Origin: Treponema sp.
GTDB taxonomy: Bacteria; Spirochaetota; Spirochaetia; Treponematales; Treponemataceae
Assembly (NCBI GenBank): GCA_016288205.1
Contig: JAEEYO010000013.1
Span: 1,700 to 65,699, forward strand
Direction of reading: 5' to 3'
DNA: 64,000 nt
Position numbers and translations under genes: made by a program. The notes under the pieces were generated by a model. It had not been told where the DNA came from, did no database searches, and worked only from the letters and a program-made list of their open reading frames with translations. This document shows positions 8,243-16,660 of the stretch, in pieces (position 1 is the first letter of the stretch; the number at the start of each line of letters is the position of its first letter).

Positions 8243-9916
8243 TCAGAAATAGCACTCGCTGTCCAGTGGAGCCCCAAGAGCCATTCCCACGTCAAGATAA
8301 CCGTTGCGCCTCTTTTTCGCATAGATCTGCACGACGAGAATTGAGTTTTCCTGCTGGAGCTCGGTTGACAAAATCTGCACGGGATCGCCCTCACTGAATC
8401 CGGCTTCGTCCGCGGAGGATCCCTTGATGATTTTTTTCACGCCGTAGAGTTTCTTATTCGATGTGGATGTGTGGACAAGCTCCATTCCGATAATCGGGAG
8501 CAGAGACGAGGAAAGCAGGTCATGCGTGTAGATTTCATGTCCCGGTGATTTGGGTCGCTTTTCCGTATAAAGAAAATGCTCGGATTTTTTTCCGTCAGAG
8601 TCCACCGCAGTAATCCGCACTATTGTCTCGGGCTGAGTTTGGAGCATAAAGAGATGCAGGTCGTCAAGTCCCTTGATTTCAACACCGTTGCAAGCGATGA
8701 TTTTCTTTCCCGCGAGAAGTCCGGACCTGTAGGCGCTTCCACCCGGCATGGAATAAATCACGTCAACTCCGTCGCTTTTGGTACCGGCACCCACGGGCTT
8801 GCTTGTCTTTCCATAGGCCTGCACCCAGGGATGAGCGCACTTTCCGCCGTTAAAAAGATACGGAAGCTCAGCCTTTAAATATTCCACGGGGATTGCAAAA
8901 TTGAGCCCCTGGAAATTTGCGACACCTGCAAAAACTATAGCCTGCACGAATCCCTTTTCATCAATCATTGGACCGCCTGAATTTCCTGCGTTCACGGCAG
9001 CGTCAATCTGGAAGACGTTTCCCATGGCAAGAAGATTTCTGTCCAGAGCCGAGACTATTCCTCGCGTCAAAGTCCTGTCAAGTCCAAGAGGAGAACCGAT
9101 CGCATAAACCGAATCTCCAATGGAAAGATCCTTGCTTGAGCCCAGGGGGAACACATACGGAGCGTCCACTTCGGTTTTCAAAAGGGCAAGGTCCATCAAA
9201 TCATCATAGCCCACAACCTTCGCGGGAATCTTCGTGTCGGGATCCTCGGCAAGACGTATATAAAGCTTTGCGAATCCGTTGTAGCTCGGGTCCACGCAGG
9301 ATGAGATTACATGATGGTTCGTGATTATGTATCCATTTTTGGAGATAAAAAATCCGCTTCCAAGGACGGAATCCGAGCGGCCCACTCCGCCCTCAACTTT
9401 TATCCCACGGTCAACGAAAACAGTGACGGTTCCCTTGATCATGTCGGAAAGTTTCGTAACTCCGCCTGTATTTACAGGAAGGGTCGGCATGGAGGATTTG
9501 ATTACGGACTCAAGGGCTTCCTCTCCAAAACTCAAGCCCCGGAAATCAGTGCATGCGGCTGTGACAAGGGAACGGTAGACGCGTCGTGCATCCACGTATT
9601 TTTTCTCGTCCCAAAATTCAATGCACTTGGCCTGTGTCTTGTGATAACATTCGTCGAGCAATTCCGAAACAGCGTCAAAGCCCTGGGTATTTTCCGAAAG
9701 GATTTTCGCGCGCCACAATGCCTTTACCGGATTCTCCTCCGCAATTTTTTTTATGGCGGAAATCTCATCGCGGACGACTTCCTCATCAGTGTAATTTATG
9801 TCGCTGAACAGCTCGGCCTTGTTCTTTGTGCTGCTGCATGAAATGACAATGGATAAAAATAAAAATGTAAAGAATGCGGCCTGAAGCATCAAGCCAAGGG
9901 TATATTTTTTTTTCAT
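8243..9916 (-). CDS. Trypsin-like serine protease lipoprotein (S1C/HtrA-like) with C-terminal PDZ-like regions
   Basis: Lipobox-like signal (LSIVISCSS). Catalytic-triad contexts are present: ITNHHV, DLALLK and GNSGGPMID. Confidence 0.75.
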   Translation of the reverse strand: MKKKYTLGLMLQAAFFTFLFLSIVISCSSTKNKAELFSDINYTDEEVVRDEISAIKKIAEENPVKALWRAKILSENTQGFDAVSELLDECYHKTQAKCIEFWDEKKYVDARRVYRSLVTAACTDFRGLSFGEEALESVIKSSMPTLPVNTGGVTKLSDMIKGTVTVFVDRGIKVEGGVGRSDSVLGSGFFISKNGYIITNHHVISSCVDPSYNGFAKLYIRLAEDPDTKIPAKVVGYDDLMDLALLKTEVDAPYVFPLGSSKDLSIGDSVYAIGSPLGLDRTLTRGIVSALDRNLLAMGNVFQIDAAVNAGNSGGPMIDEKGFVQAIVFAGVANFQGLNFAIPVEYLKAELPYLFNGGKCAHPWVQAYGKTSKPVGAGTKSDGVDVIYSMPGGSAYRSGLLAGKKIIACNGVEIKGLDDLHLFMLQTQPETIVRITAVDSDGKKSEHFLYTEKRPKSPGHEIYTHDLLSSSLLPIIGMELVHTSTSNKKLYGVKKIIKGSSADEAGFSEGDPVQILSTELQQENSILVVQIYAKKRRNGYLDVGMALGAPLDSECYF

Positions 9917-10006
9917 AAGATTTCACATCCTGCAAGAAAAACTCCTGCCTCAAAGCTTTTATAAAATAAACCTCCGAAGCAGGATCCAGTTACATCTTAC
10001 AGGAAC

Positions 10007-12229
10007 TTAAAATGTATTTCCGTTCAGAATGATTCCGTAGTTCACGCCGTCAAGACGAATTGCCTGTATATCCACGCCATTCACGCTGACCACAATGCTA
10101 TCTCCGGTTATGTTCTTTTTGTTCAGAGCCTGTATGACCGCCTTTGCCTGAGCGCTGTTGCCCTTGACTCCAATCCAGTAGAAGCGGTAGATTGCGTCCT
10201 CGCTTATGGGAAGCTCCTCAAACGCCGTCTTTACGCTGACCGGAACAGAGTTTTCCGAAACAACGCGAATCAAATCCGAGTTGGCTCCGAAGAACATTGT
10301 CTCCTCAACAACAGGGGCTTCCGGCTCGTTTTTCGGCATGGAATGTCTGTAGTAGCGGATGTCCCAGCTTCCGTCTCCGTCCGTATCCCATGAGCTGATT
10401 TTTCCGCCGCGGGCCAAATATTCCTCGGTAAAGTCCGGCACAGTATCAGGAACACCGGAGTCCACCTGAATCATCTTCAGATAATACTGAGAGCCGACAG
10501 AGGGAAGTCCAAAAAGATTTTCCATGATTGCCTGCTCGTCCCTGAGCGTATGAACGTCCATCTCGCCGGTCTTGTCGATTCCGTAAATCTCGGTAGTCTC
10601 GAAAACACCGTCGTCATTCGCGTCAACTACCCTCAGCACAGGATTTCCGTTTTCAAACTCTGCCTGCGCGTACTGCTTCTTTCCCTGGAAGTAACGTGCG
10701 AGCTGGATTTTTCCATAGAGAATGCTGAATGTGATTGAGGCTCCTTCCCTTTCTCCGCTCGGTACCGTAATGCTGGATGCCGCGTTGAAAAGTTTCGCCG
10801 TGTCAATTCCGTCACGAGGAGTTCTTTTTGAAACGTCGGATTCCGCAAGTCCTGCCGAAGAGACATAATCAGTGTTCAGAACCGGGTAATAGAAAGTGAA
10901 TCCGGCCTTTGCGCTCAGATTTTTGTCCGCAACCATTCTCAGGGGGCTCCACTGCAATCCTCCTGGAACCAGAGTATATGACTGGACATTTGCTCCGGTC
11001 TCATCCCTGAAATCCACGGTCCTCAAATCAGGATAGCGGCCCCATGTGAATTCCATGCGCTCAGAGTAAAGCACTCCACCAACCGGGGTTCCAAAATCAC
11101 AGTCCACGCTCCACTCATACACACCGTCCTGATTCTTGTCATAGTAAACGGTCTGCGGTCTTCCACGGCTGTACTGCACGTAGAGATTTATAATCTTGTC
11201 GCCGTCAGTATCCTTTCCAATAAGGCCGTTGTATGCCTTGAGATAGCTTGTCGTGAGTGACTTCACCTGCTCGTCCTCAAGAAGCGAAAGGAAATCGGAA
11301 AGCGCGTCATAAGAAATCTGGCTGTCCGCGAAACGTGAGATATAATCAAGAGCCTGCCTGTCCGAAATCAGATTGTACTGAAGGGCAAGAACCGCATAAA
11401 GAGGATGCTTGAGTCCCCTTGCGTTGAAAGAGCGCAACATATAGTCCCTGCTCTGTGCGTCGGCAAACGGAATGCAAAGTATCTCAAGCTCGGTGGTAAG
11501 TTCCGTGCTGTTCTCGTCGTAATAGGCTCCCTTGTGGTCCATAATCTGTGCGATAAAAAGGCGTGCCATTCTTGAGACATCGGCATTGACCACCGACGGA
11601 TTCTCATACTTAAAGAAAACCTGCGGGAAACGGATGTCGGAAGGATACATTCTTCGCGCAGTGTCAATCTTCACGCGGGCCATTTCCAATGATGTCTGGT
11701 CTCCGAGCCGGTAATATGCCTTTGCCCTGACGTACTCAGCGTCGGCAGAGTAAATGTAAGGCGCGTTCACATAGCACGGATTTCCTGCATACTTCGCGTT
11801 TCCGTCAATCACCGGGAAAACATCGGCGTATCTCTGGGTGTCACAGAGGATGTCGGCATAAAACACACGGGCAGCGTCACGATTGTAGTCCACCCATGTA
11901 TTTTCCTTAAGGGCGCGCTCCAGATATGCACTCGCAACGGCTTTGGTCTTTCCCAGATTTTTTTCGGCCACGGCGAGCATATACCACAAATCCGAGACGG
12001 CTCCATCGTAGGAAAGTCCCATGGAGATTTGGGAAACCACCGACTCCCACTCACCCTGCAACGCATAATCCTTGGCAAGTGTCAGACAACGGATTGCGGT
12101 CCGACGGTTCGCCATGCGCGCACTGTCCTCAAGAGGGTCGGGACGGCTCACATAATCCTGCGAAAATACGGGTGACGCAAAAGAAACAAGCGTAACAGCT
12201 GCTATGGTCAAAAAAATCTTTACTTTCAT
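10007..12229 (-). CDS. Exported protein with N-terminal TPR-like region and integrin/FG-GAP-type Ca-binding loops
   Basis: Signal peptide MKVKIFLTIAAVTLVSFASPVFSQ. Repeated Dx[DN]xDGxx[DE] loops are present (DKNQDGVYE, DANDDGVFE, DTDGDGSWD). I recognise no specific family. Confidence 0.5.
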   Translation of the reverse strand: MKVKIFLTIAAVTLVSFASPVFSQDYVSRPDPLEDSARMANRRTAIRCLTLAKDYALQGEWESVVSQISMGLSYDGAVSDLWYMLAVAEKNLGKTKAVASAYLERALKENTWVDYNRDAARVFYADILCDTQRYADVFPVIDGNAKYAGNPCYVNAPYIYSADAEYVRAKAYYRLGDQTSLEMARVKIDTARRMYPSDIRFPQVFFKYENPSVVNADVSRMARLFIAQIMDHKGAYYDENSTELTTELEILCIPFADAQSRDYMLRSFNARGLKHPLYAVLALQYNLISDRQALDYISRFADSQISYDALSDFLSLLEDEQVKSLTTSYLKAYNGLIGKDTDGDKIINLYVQYSRGRPQTVYYDKNQDGVYEWSVDCDFGTPVGGVLYSERMEFTWGRYPDLRTVDFRDETGANVQSYTLVPGGLQWSPLRMVADKNLSAKAGFTFYYPVLNTDYVSSAGLAESDVSKRTPRDGIDTAKLFNAASSITVPSGEREGASITFSILYGKIQLARYFQGKKQYAQAEFENGNPVLRVVDANDDGVFETTEIYGIDKTGEMDVHTLRDEQAIMENLFGLPSVGSQYYLKMIQVDSGVPDTVPDFTEEYLARGGKISSWDTDGDGSWDIRYYRHSMPKNEPEAPVVEETMFFGANSDLIRVVSENSVPVSVKTAFEELPISEDAIYRFYWIGVKGNSAQAKAVIQALNKKNITGDSIVVSVNGVDIQAIRLDGVNYGIILNGNTF

Positions 12230-12326
12230 ATCCTTTTCCTAAATTCCTTATCTATAATAATTGTATATAATCCTTGTATAATTCATTCATACTAAACAAA
12301 CACCGGACGACTGAAATCCGTAACAT

Positions 12327-13709
12327 TCAGTCCCTTACAATCCAGTCTTTGAACCCCAATGCCGAGCCCCATACGCACACAAGATGCTGCCCAGGCGACC
12401 TCAGCTCCTGAACCAAGGGAATCTCATCCTTGCACTCGGCGCATTTCCAGTCCTCAAAGACCTTTGAAACCGTCTTAAAAGAACCGTCCGCCGCACGGAT
12501 TTTATCTCCCGGCTGCCTGCTCCTGAACGCAAACGGAAATCCCAGATCATCAAGAACCAGCGACGCTTTCACATCGGCCCTTTTTGCCAGAAGCACGGTT
12601 TTGTTTCCCTGCACGGCGACTTTTACCTTCCAGTCTCCCGCAAGATACTCGCCGCTTTCTTCTATAATAACAAAAAAACCGTTTTCTGTCGCTGTTTTTT
12701 TCTGTTTTTGTACAAAAATCCTCGCGTCACGGCAAAAAATCGTGAGACCGGCGGCTTCCTCGGACCATCTTGAGGGATTTTTCGACTTTCGCGACACGGA
12801 CTCCACGACACTATAGGGAAACCGTGAGTCAGAGCCCACAGCCGAAATAGCCCGGTACAGAATCCTGCGCCTCAAGGCATCGCTCAGGATGGAAAAAAAG
12901 TACCTGTCAAAGGACACTTCCCCCTCGCTTTCAGACCATGCAATGCGGTCAAGAGCCTCATCGGTGGCATCCTCAAGAGCAAGGGAATCCTCACGCATTT
13001 TTTTGGAGAGAGCACCAACGGCGGTCTGCCATCCGGGAACCTCCTTATTCAACATCGGCATAATCCGGCTTCTTATACAGTTTCTGGCATAGGATGTGTC
13101 GAAATTCGTGGAGTCGGTCCTGTAAGCGATGCCCTGCACACTGAGATATTCCTCAACTTCGGCGCGGGTGAGTGAAAGGATTGGCCGCACGAATTTGTCA
13201 CGGACAGGCGGTATTCCGGAAAGAGCCGAACAGTCACCACCGGAAAGAAAGCGCATCAGAACGGTCTCCAGCTGGTCGTTGTAATTGTGCGCAAGACAAA
13301 GAAAATCCAGATTCGAGCAGCGGATGAAAGTCTCAAAAGACTCGTACCTGAGCCGACGTGCAGCATCTTCGGTTCCGGAATCCTTTTCCTCCGCAAGAGA
13401 CTCCACCTTTCCACGGGGAATGTCATGCCGCGCGCACTGAACGCCGAGTTTCCTGCAATAATCCTGGACAAAAAGAGCGTCTCCCTCGGTCTCGGAAGCC
13501 TCACGGATATTGTGGTTTACGGTTATGACTTTTAGCGTGATGTTTTCCGGCAGCACATGGACAAGGGCCGTCAGCATAGCAATGGAATCAGCACCACCGC
13601 TCACGGCCGCACCGACGTTTGCCCTTGAAGAAAAATCCAGCCCGAAAGAAATCAGAGAGTTTCTTACCCTATCCTCAAACAAAGTCCGAATATCCATATC
13701 AAATCCCAC
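12327..13709 (-). CDS. tilS: tRNA(Ile)-lysidine synthase
   Basis: PP-loop motif VSGGADSIAML, followed by LAHNYNDQLETVLMR. Confidence 0.88.
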   Translation of the reverse strand: MGFDMDIRTLFEDRVRNSLISFGLDFSSRANVGAAVSGGADSIAMLTALVHVLPENITLKVITVNHNIREASETEGDALFVQDYCRKLGVQCARHDIPRGKVESLAEEKDSGTEDAARRLRYESFETFIRCSNLDFLCLAHNYNDQLETVLMRFLSGGDCSALSGIPPVRDKFVRPILSLTRAEVEEYLSVQGIAYRTDSTNFDTSYARNCIRSRIMPMLNKEVPGWQTAVGALSKKMREDSLALEDATDEALDRIAWSESEGEVSFDRYFFSILSDALRRRILYRAISAVGSDSRFPYSVVESVSRKSKNPSRWSEEAAGLTIFCRDARIFVQKQKKTATENGFFVIIEESGEYLAGDWKVKVAVQGNKTVLLAKRADVKASLVLDDLGFPFAFRSRQPGDKIRAADGSFKTVSKVFEDWKCAECKDEIPLVQELRSPGQHLVCVWGSALGFKDWIVRD

Positions 13710-13718
13710 GGGGGAAAG

Positions 13719-16202
13719 CTATTTGCTGCCCTTCCATGTCCATCTGCAGGCATCCTCCGGTGGAAGCGGCTTGCTGAAATAATATCCCTGGATTACGTCG
13801 GCACCGAATTCCTTCAGACGCTCGAACTGCCATTCCTCCTCCACGCCCTCAATGACCATCTTCTTTCCCAAGTCATGCGTCAGATTAATCACGTCGCGGA
13901 TAAAAGCATCCTTGCCCTTCACCAGATAATTCACCACGAGCGAACGGTCAAGCTTCAAAATATCCACCGGAATATAGGTAAGATAACTCAACGAAGAATA
14001 TCCGGTTCCGAAATCATCCATAAGCAGCTTGATTCCCATGGCCTGGAACTGCACGAAAAGATTTCCCGCCTGCCATGTGCTTTCCATGAACAGACCCTCG
14101 GTAATCTCAATCTCCACGTACTTCGGATCGATGTCGTATTTTTTCAGGAGACCCTTGAGGAATTTGATGTAGCCCGCGTCGTTAATCTGATTGCTTGAGT
14201 AGTTGATTGAAATGGGATGAAGCTCAATGCCCTGCTCCCTCCACTCTGCCAGCTGCCTGATTGCAAGCTCCGTCGTAATTCGTCCGATCTGACTGATAAG
14301 ACCGCTCTGTTCTGCCACCGGAATGAATACCGCAGGAGAAATATTGTCGTCCTTTATGCGCACAAGGGCCTCATATCCCACAAGCTCCCTTGTCTGAACG
14401 TCCACCTTGGGCTGATACACCATGTAGAACCCGCCTTTTTCTATGGCGTTCATAACCTTTGTCCTTGTGATGTTGACCGTACGTGCGCTCTCCTCAAATT
14501 CTGAAGTAAAGACAGCCGCCGTATTTTTTCCATGCTCCTTCGCGGAGGATTTCGCAATCTCTGAATTGACGAACATGGAGTCCACGGTGGAATTTATATC
14601 CGAATTCACAAGTCCAATGCTTACGGTTGATTTCAGAGACTCCATGCCGACGGTCATCGGTGTCTTGAAAATCTCATGCACGCCCATAACCGCGGGACTG
14701 TCCTTGAGCACGTTCGCCTCAGAAACAAACATGATGAACTCATCGCCGCTGTACCTTGCAAGATAGTAATTGTTGTCCTCGGCATATCGCTTGAGCAGAC
14801 CGGCCGCGTGATGCAGATACTGATCTCCCACCGCATGTCCGTAAGTCTCGTTAAGGGTCTTGAAATTGTCAATGTCTATCCTGAGCATGGCGATGTGATG
14901 CTTGTTATTGAGCTCGCTTTCCAGATAGTGCTCTGCCGCATGTCTGTTGAAAGTACCGAGCGAAAGGTCATGGTCCACGTCGTACTGAAGCCGCACCTCC
15001 GCAGATTTGAGCATGGAATAATTCAGCATCATCGCGATGAAGATAAGTATAATTCCCAACAGAAAAAGACATACGGAGAAAACAAAGGCCTTGTATTGCT
15101 GGAAATATTTCACCGGTCTGTTCACAAAATTCGTCTTGGAAGGCAGCAATGACATGTCAAGCCCGAACTTTTTCACCTGCCCCCAGTCATAAGTGGTGAT
15201 TCCGCTCGTCTCCGTGTAAAGGGGAATCTTGGAAATGTCCTCGCCCCTAAGCACACGGTTCATGGTCTCACCCGCCATGCGGCACTGCTCCGGGAAATTC
15301 ATCATCGTTCCACCCACAATTCCCTGCCCGTGTCCCTCGGAGTAGTTACGGAAGACCGGAATGGCCGTATGGTCGATGATAAACTTGACGCTCTCCGGTA
15401 TGGTATATTTGTTTCCCTCAGAATCCTCGAACGCGGTCAAATAAATCAGAATCACATCGTTGCCCAGTTTCATCAGATGATTTCCGAATTCCTCGCGAGT
15501 CATAAGCGAAGTGTCCAGCCCGATGAACGTAAATTCAGGAAATTTATCCTCAAAGGAAAAGAAAGTCGCCTTGTCACCCAGCCCCGTTGCGGTCTCATCA
15601 AAAATACCGACAACCTTCGTGGCAAGAGGAAGAAGCTTGGAAGCCTGCTCAATGGTCTCATCCAGATAGGTCGCTTCCGAAAATCCTGTAATCAGGGGAT
15701 TCTTCACCGCCTCATTCGCCAGATTGATATTGTTTATGCCGTAAAAGACAATCGGGATTCCGGGAAAAAGCTCCTCCTGAAAGTCTAGCGCGAACTTAAG
15801 AGCCGCATCGTCCCCGCAGATTACGCCTGAATATGTTTTCTTGCTCCTTAAAAGACGCTCCTTGAAATAATCATGGAAAGCGCTCAAATCCTCGTCGCTC
15901 GCATAATTCTTTGTGTCCATGTAAATGACATCGTAGCTGATGTTATTCGAGTAAAGCCCCTCCTTGAGCCCCTCCTCCTGCGAGGGATAAGATGAATGTG
16001 TCGGTGAATATGAGTCAAGGAAAAGCACCTTAAAATCGGGCTTGGACGGCTCAAGCATCTGCTCAAGAACATCGGTCTCAGGATTCAGGATAGCAATATT
16101 GATGAGGAAACTCACAGAAAAAGCCACCAGTATTATGCCAAATGCAAAAAGAAAATTTCTAAGTGCAATTTTACCTTTATTATAATCCATCAACGACCTC
16201 AT
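13719..16202 (-). CDS. Membrane-bound c-di-GMP signalling protein: periplasmic sensor domain, TM, GGDEF (SGDEF variant) and EAL domains
   Basis: The GGDEF-domain motif reads RYSGDEF. EAL motifs are intact (YQPKV...EALVR, EIEITE, DDFGTGYSSL, KLDRS, EGVEE...QGYYFSKP). Two TM segments flank an extracytoplasmic domain of about 330 aa. Confidence 0.85.
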   Translation of the reverse strand: MRSLMDYNKGKIALRNFLFAFGIILVAFSVSFLINIAILNPETDVLEQMLEPSKPDFKVLFLDSYSPTHSSYPSQEEGLKEGLYSNNISYDVIYMDTKNYASDEDLSAFHDYFKERLLRSKKTYSGVICGDDAALKFALDFQEELFPGIPIVFYGINNINLANEAVKNPLITGFSEATYLDETIEQASKLLPLATKVVGIFDETATGLGDKATFFSFEDKFPEFTFIGLDTSLMTREEFGNHLMKLGNDVILIYLTAFEDSEGNKYTIPESVKFIIDHTAIPVFRNYSEGHGQGIVGGTMMNFPEQCRMAGETMNRVLRGEDISKIPLYTETSGITTYDWGQVKKFGLDMSLLPSKTNFVNRPVKYFQQYKAFVFSVCLFLLGIILIFIAMMLNYSMLKSAEVRLQYDVDHDLSLGTFNRHAAEHYLESELNNKHHIAMLRIDIDNFKTLNETYGHAVGDQYLHHAAGLLKRYAEDNNYYLARYSGDEFIMFVSEANVLKDSPAVMGVHEIFKTPMTVGMESLKSTVSIGLVNSDINSTVDSMFVNSEIAKSSAKEHGKNTAAVFTSEFEESARTVNITRTKVMNAIEKGGFYMVYQPKVDVQTRELVGYEALVRIKDDNISPAVFIPVAEQSGLISQIGRITTELAIRQLAEWREQGIELHPISINYSSNQINDAGYIKFLKGLLKKYDIDPKYVEIEITEGLFMESTWQAGNLFVQFQAMGIKLLMDDFGTGYSSLSYLTYIPVDILKLDRSLVVNYLVKGKDAFIRDVINLTHDLGKKMVIEGVEEEWQFERLKEFGADVIQGYYFSKPLPPEDACRWTWKGSK

Positions 16203-16364
16203 TTTCGAAGCAAAAAAACATTCATAAAATCAACTCCGAATATTACATATTATAATAATAGCACGGATTTAAAAAAAATAATAGATATTTTTGCTTTTTT
16301 AATGAATTTTTTAATAAGTAGCGTAAAAAAAATAATAAAAAAACATAATTTTTTAAATTTGCTC

Positions 16365-16393
16365 TTGACACAAAACGAAACAAACAATATACT
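16365..16393 (+). promoter_or_regulatory. Sigma70 promoter for tRNA-Leu
   Basis: TTGACA, a 17-nt spacer, then TATACT. It is preceded by about 150 bp of A/T-tract (UP-element-like) sequence. Confidence 0.65.
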
Positions 16394-16437
16394 ACATTCA
16401 TCATCAGATGAAAAACATCTGAGCACTTATGTGTAAT

Positions 16438-16519
16438 GCGGGGATGGTGGAATTGGTAGACACGCCAGCTTGAGGTGCTGGTGCTGCGAGGCGTGGCCGT
16501 TCAAGTCGGCTTCTCCGCA
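16438..16519 (+). tRNA. tRNA-Leu (anticodon GAG), class II with long variable arm; no encoded CCA
   Basis: Hand-folded cloverleaf. Acceptor stem GCGGGGA/TCTCCGC, anticodon stem CCAGC/GCTGG with loop TTGAGGT, and T-arm GGCCG-TTCAAGT-CGGCT. Confidence 0.85.
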
Positions 16520-16525
16520 CTTTTA

Positions 16526-16558
16526 AGGACTGCTCAAATCGGGTAGTCCTTTTTTTTA
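16526..16558 (+). terminator. Rho-independent terminator after tRNA-Leu
   Basis: Stem AGGACT...AGTCCT followed by T9. Confidence 0.65.
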
Positions 16559-16596
16559 TTCTCAGCGAACCTCTTTCACAGATTTCCTCTAAACAT

Positions 16597-16640
16597 AAAA
16601 AAAGACATGTCCGAAAGCCACAAAGCCAACGAACATGTCC
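16597..16640 (-). terminator. Candidate terminator after the 886-aa gene
   Basis: On the minus strand, GGACATGT pairs with ACATGTCT across a 22-nt loop and is followed by T7. The large loop lowers confidence. Confidence 0.35.
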
Positions 16641-16660
16641 TGTCCAATGATTTCGCAAAA

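Noticed and set aside
16404-16658. 84-aa minus-strand ORF
   Set aside because: It overlaps tRNA-Leu and two terminator hairpins on the opposite strand. There is no RBS and the composition looks unlike a protein.
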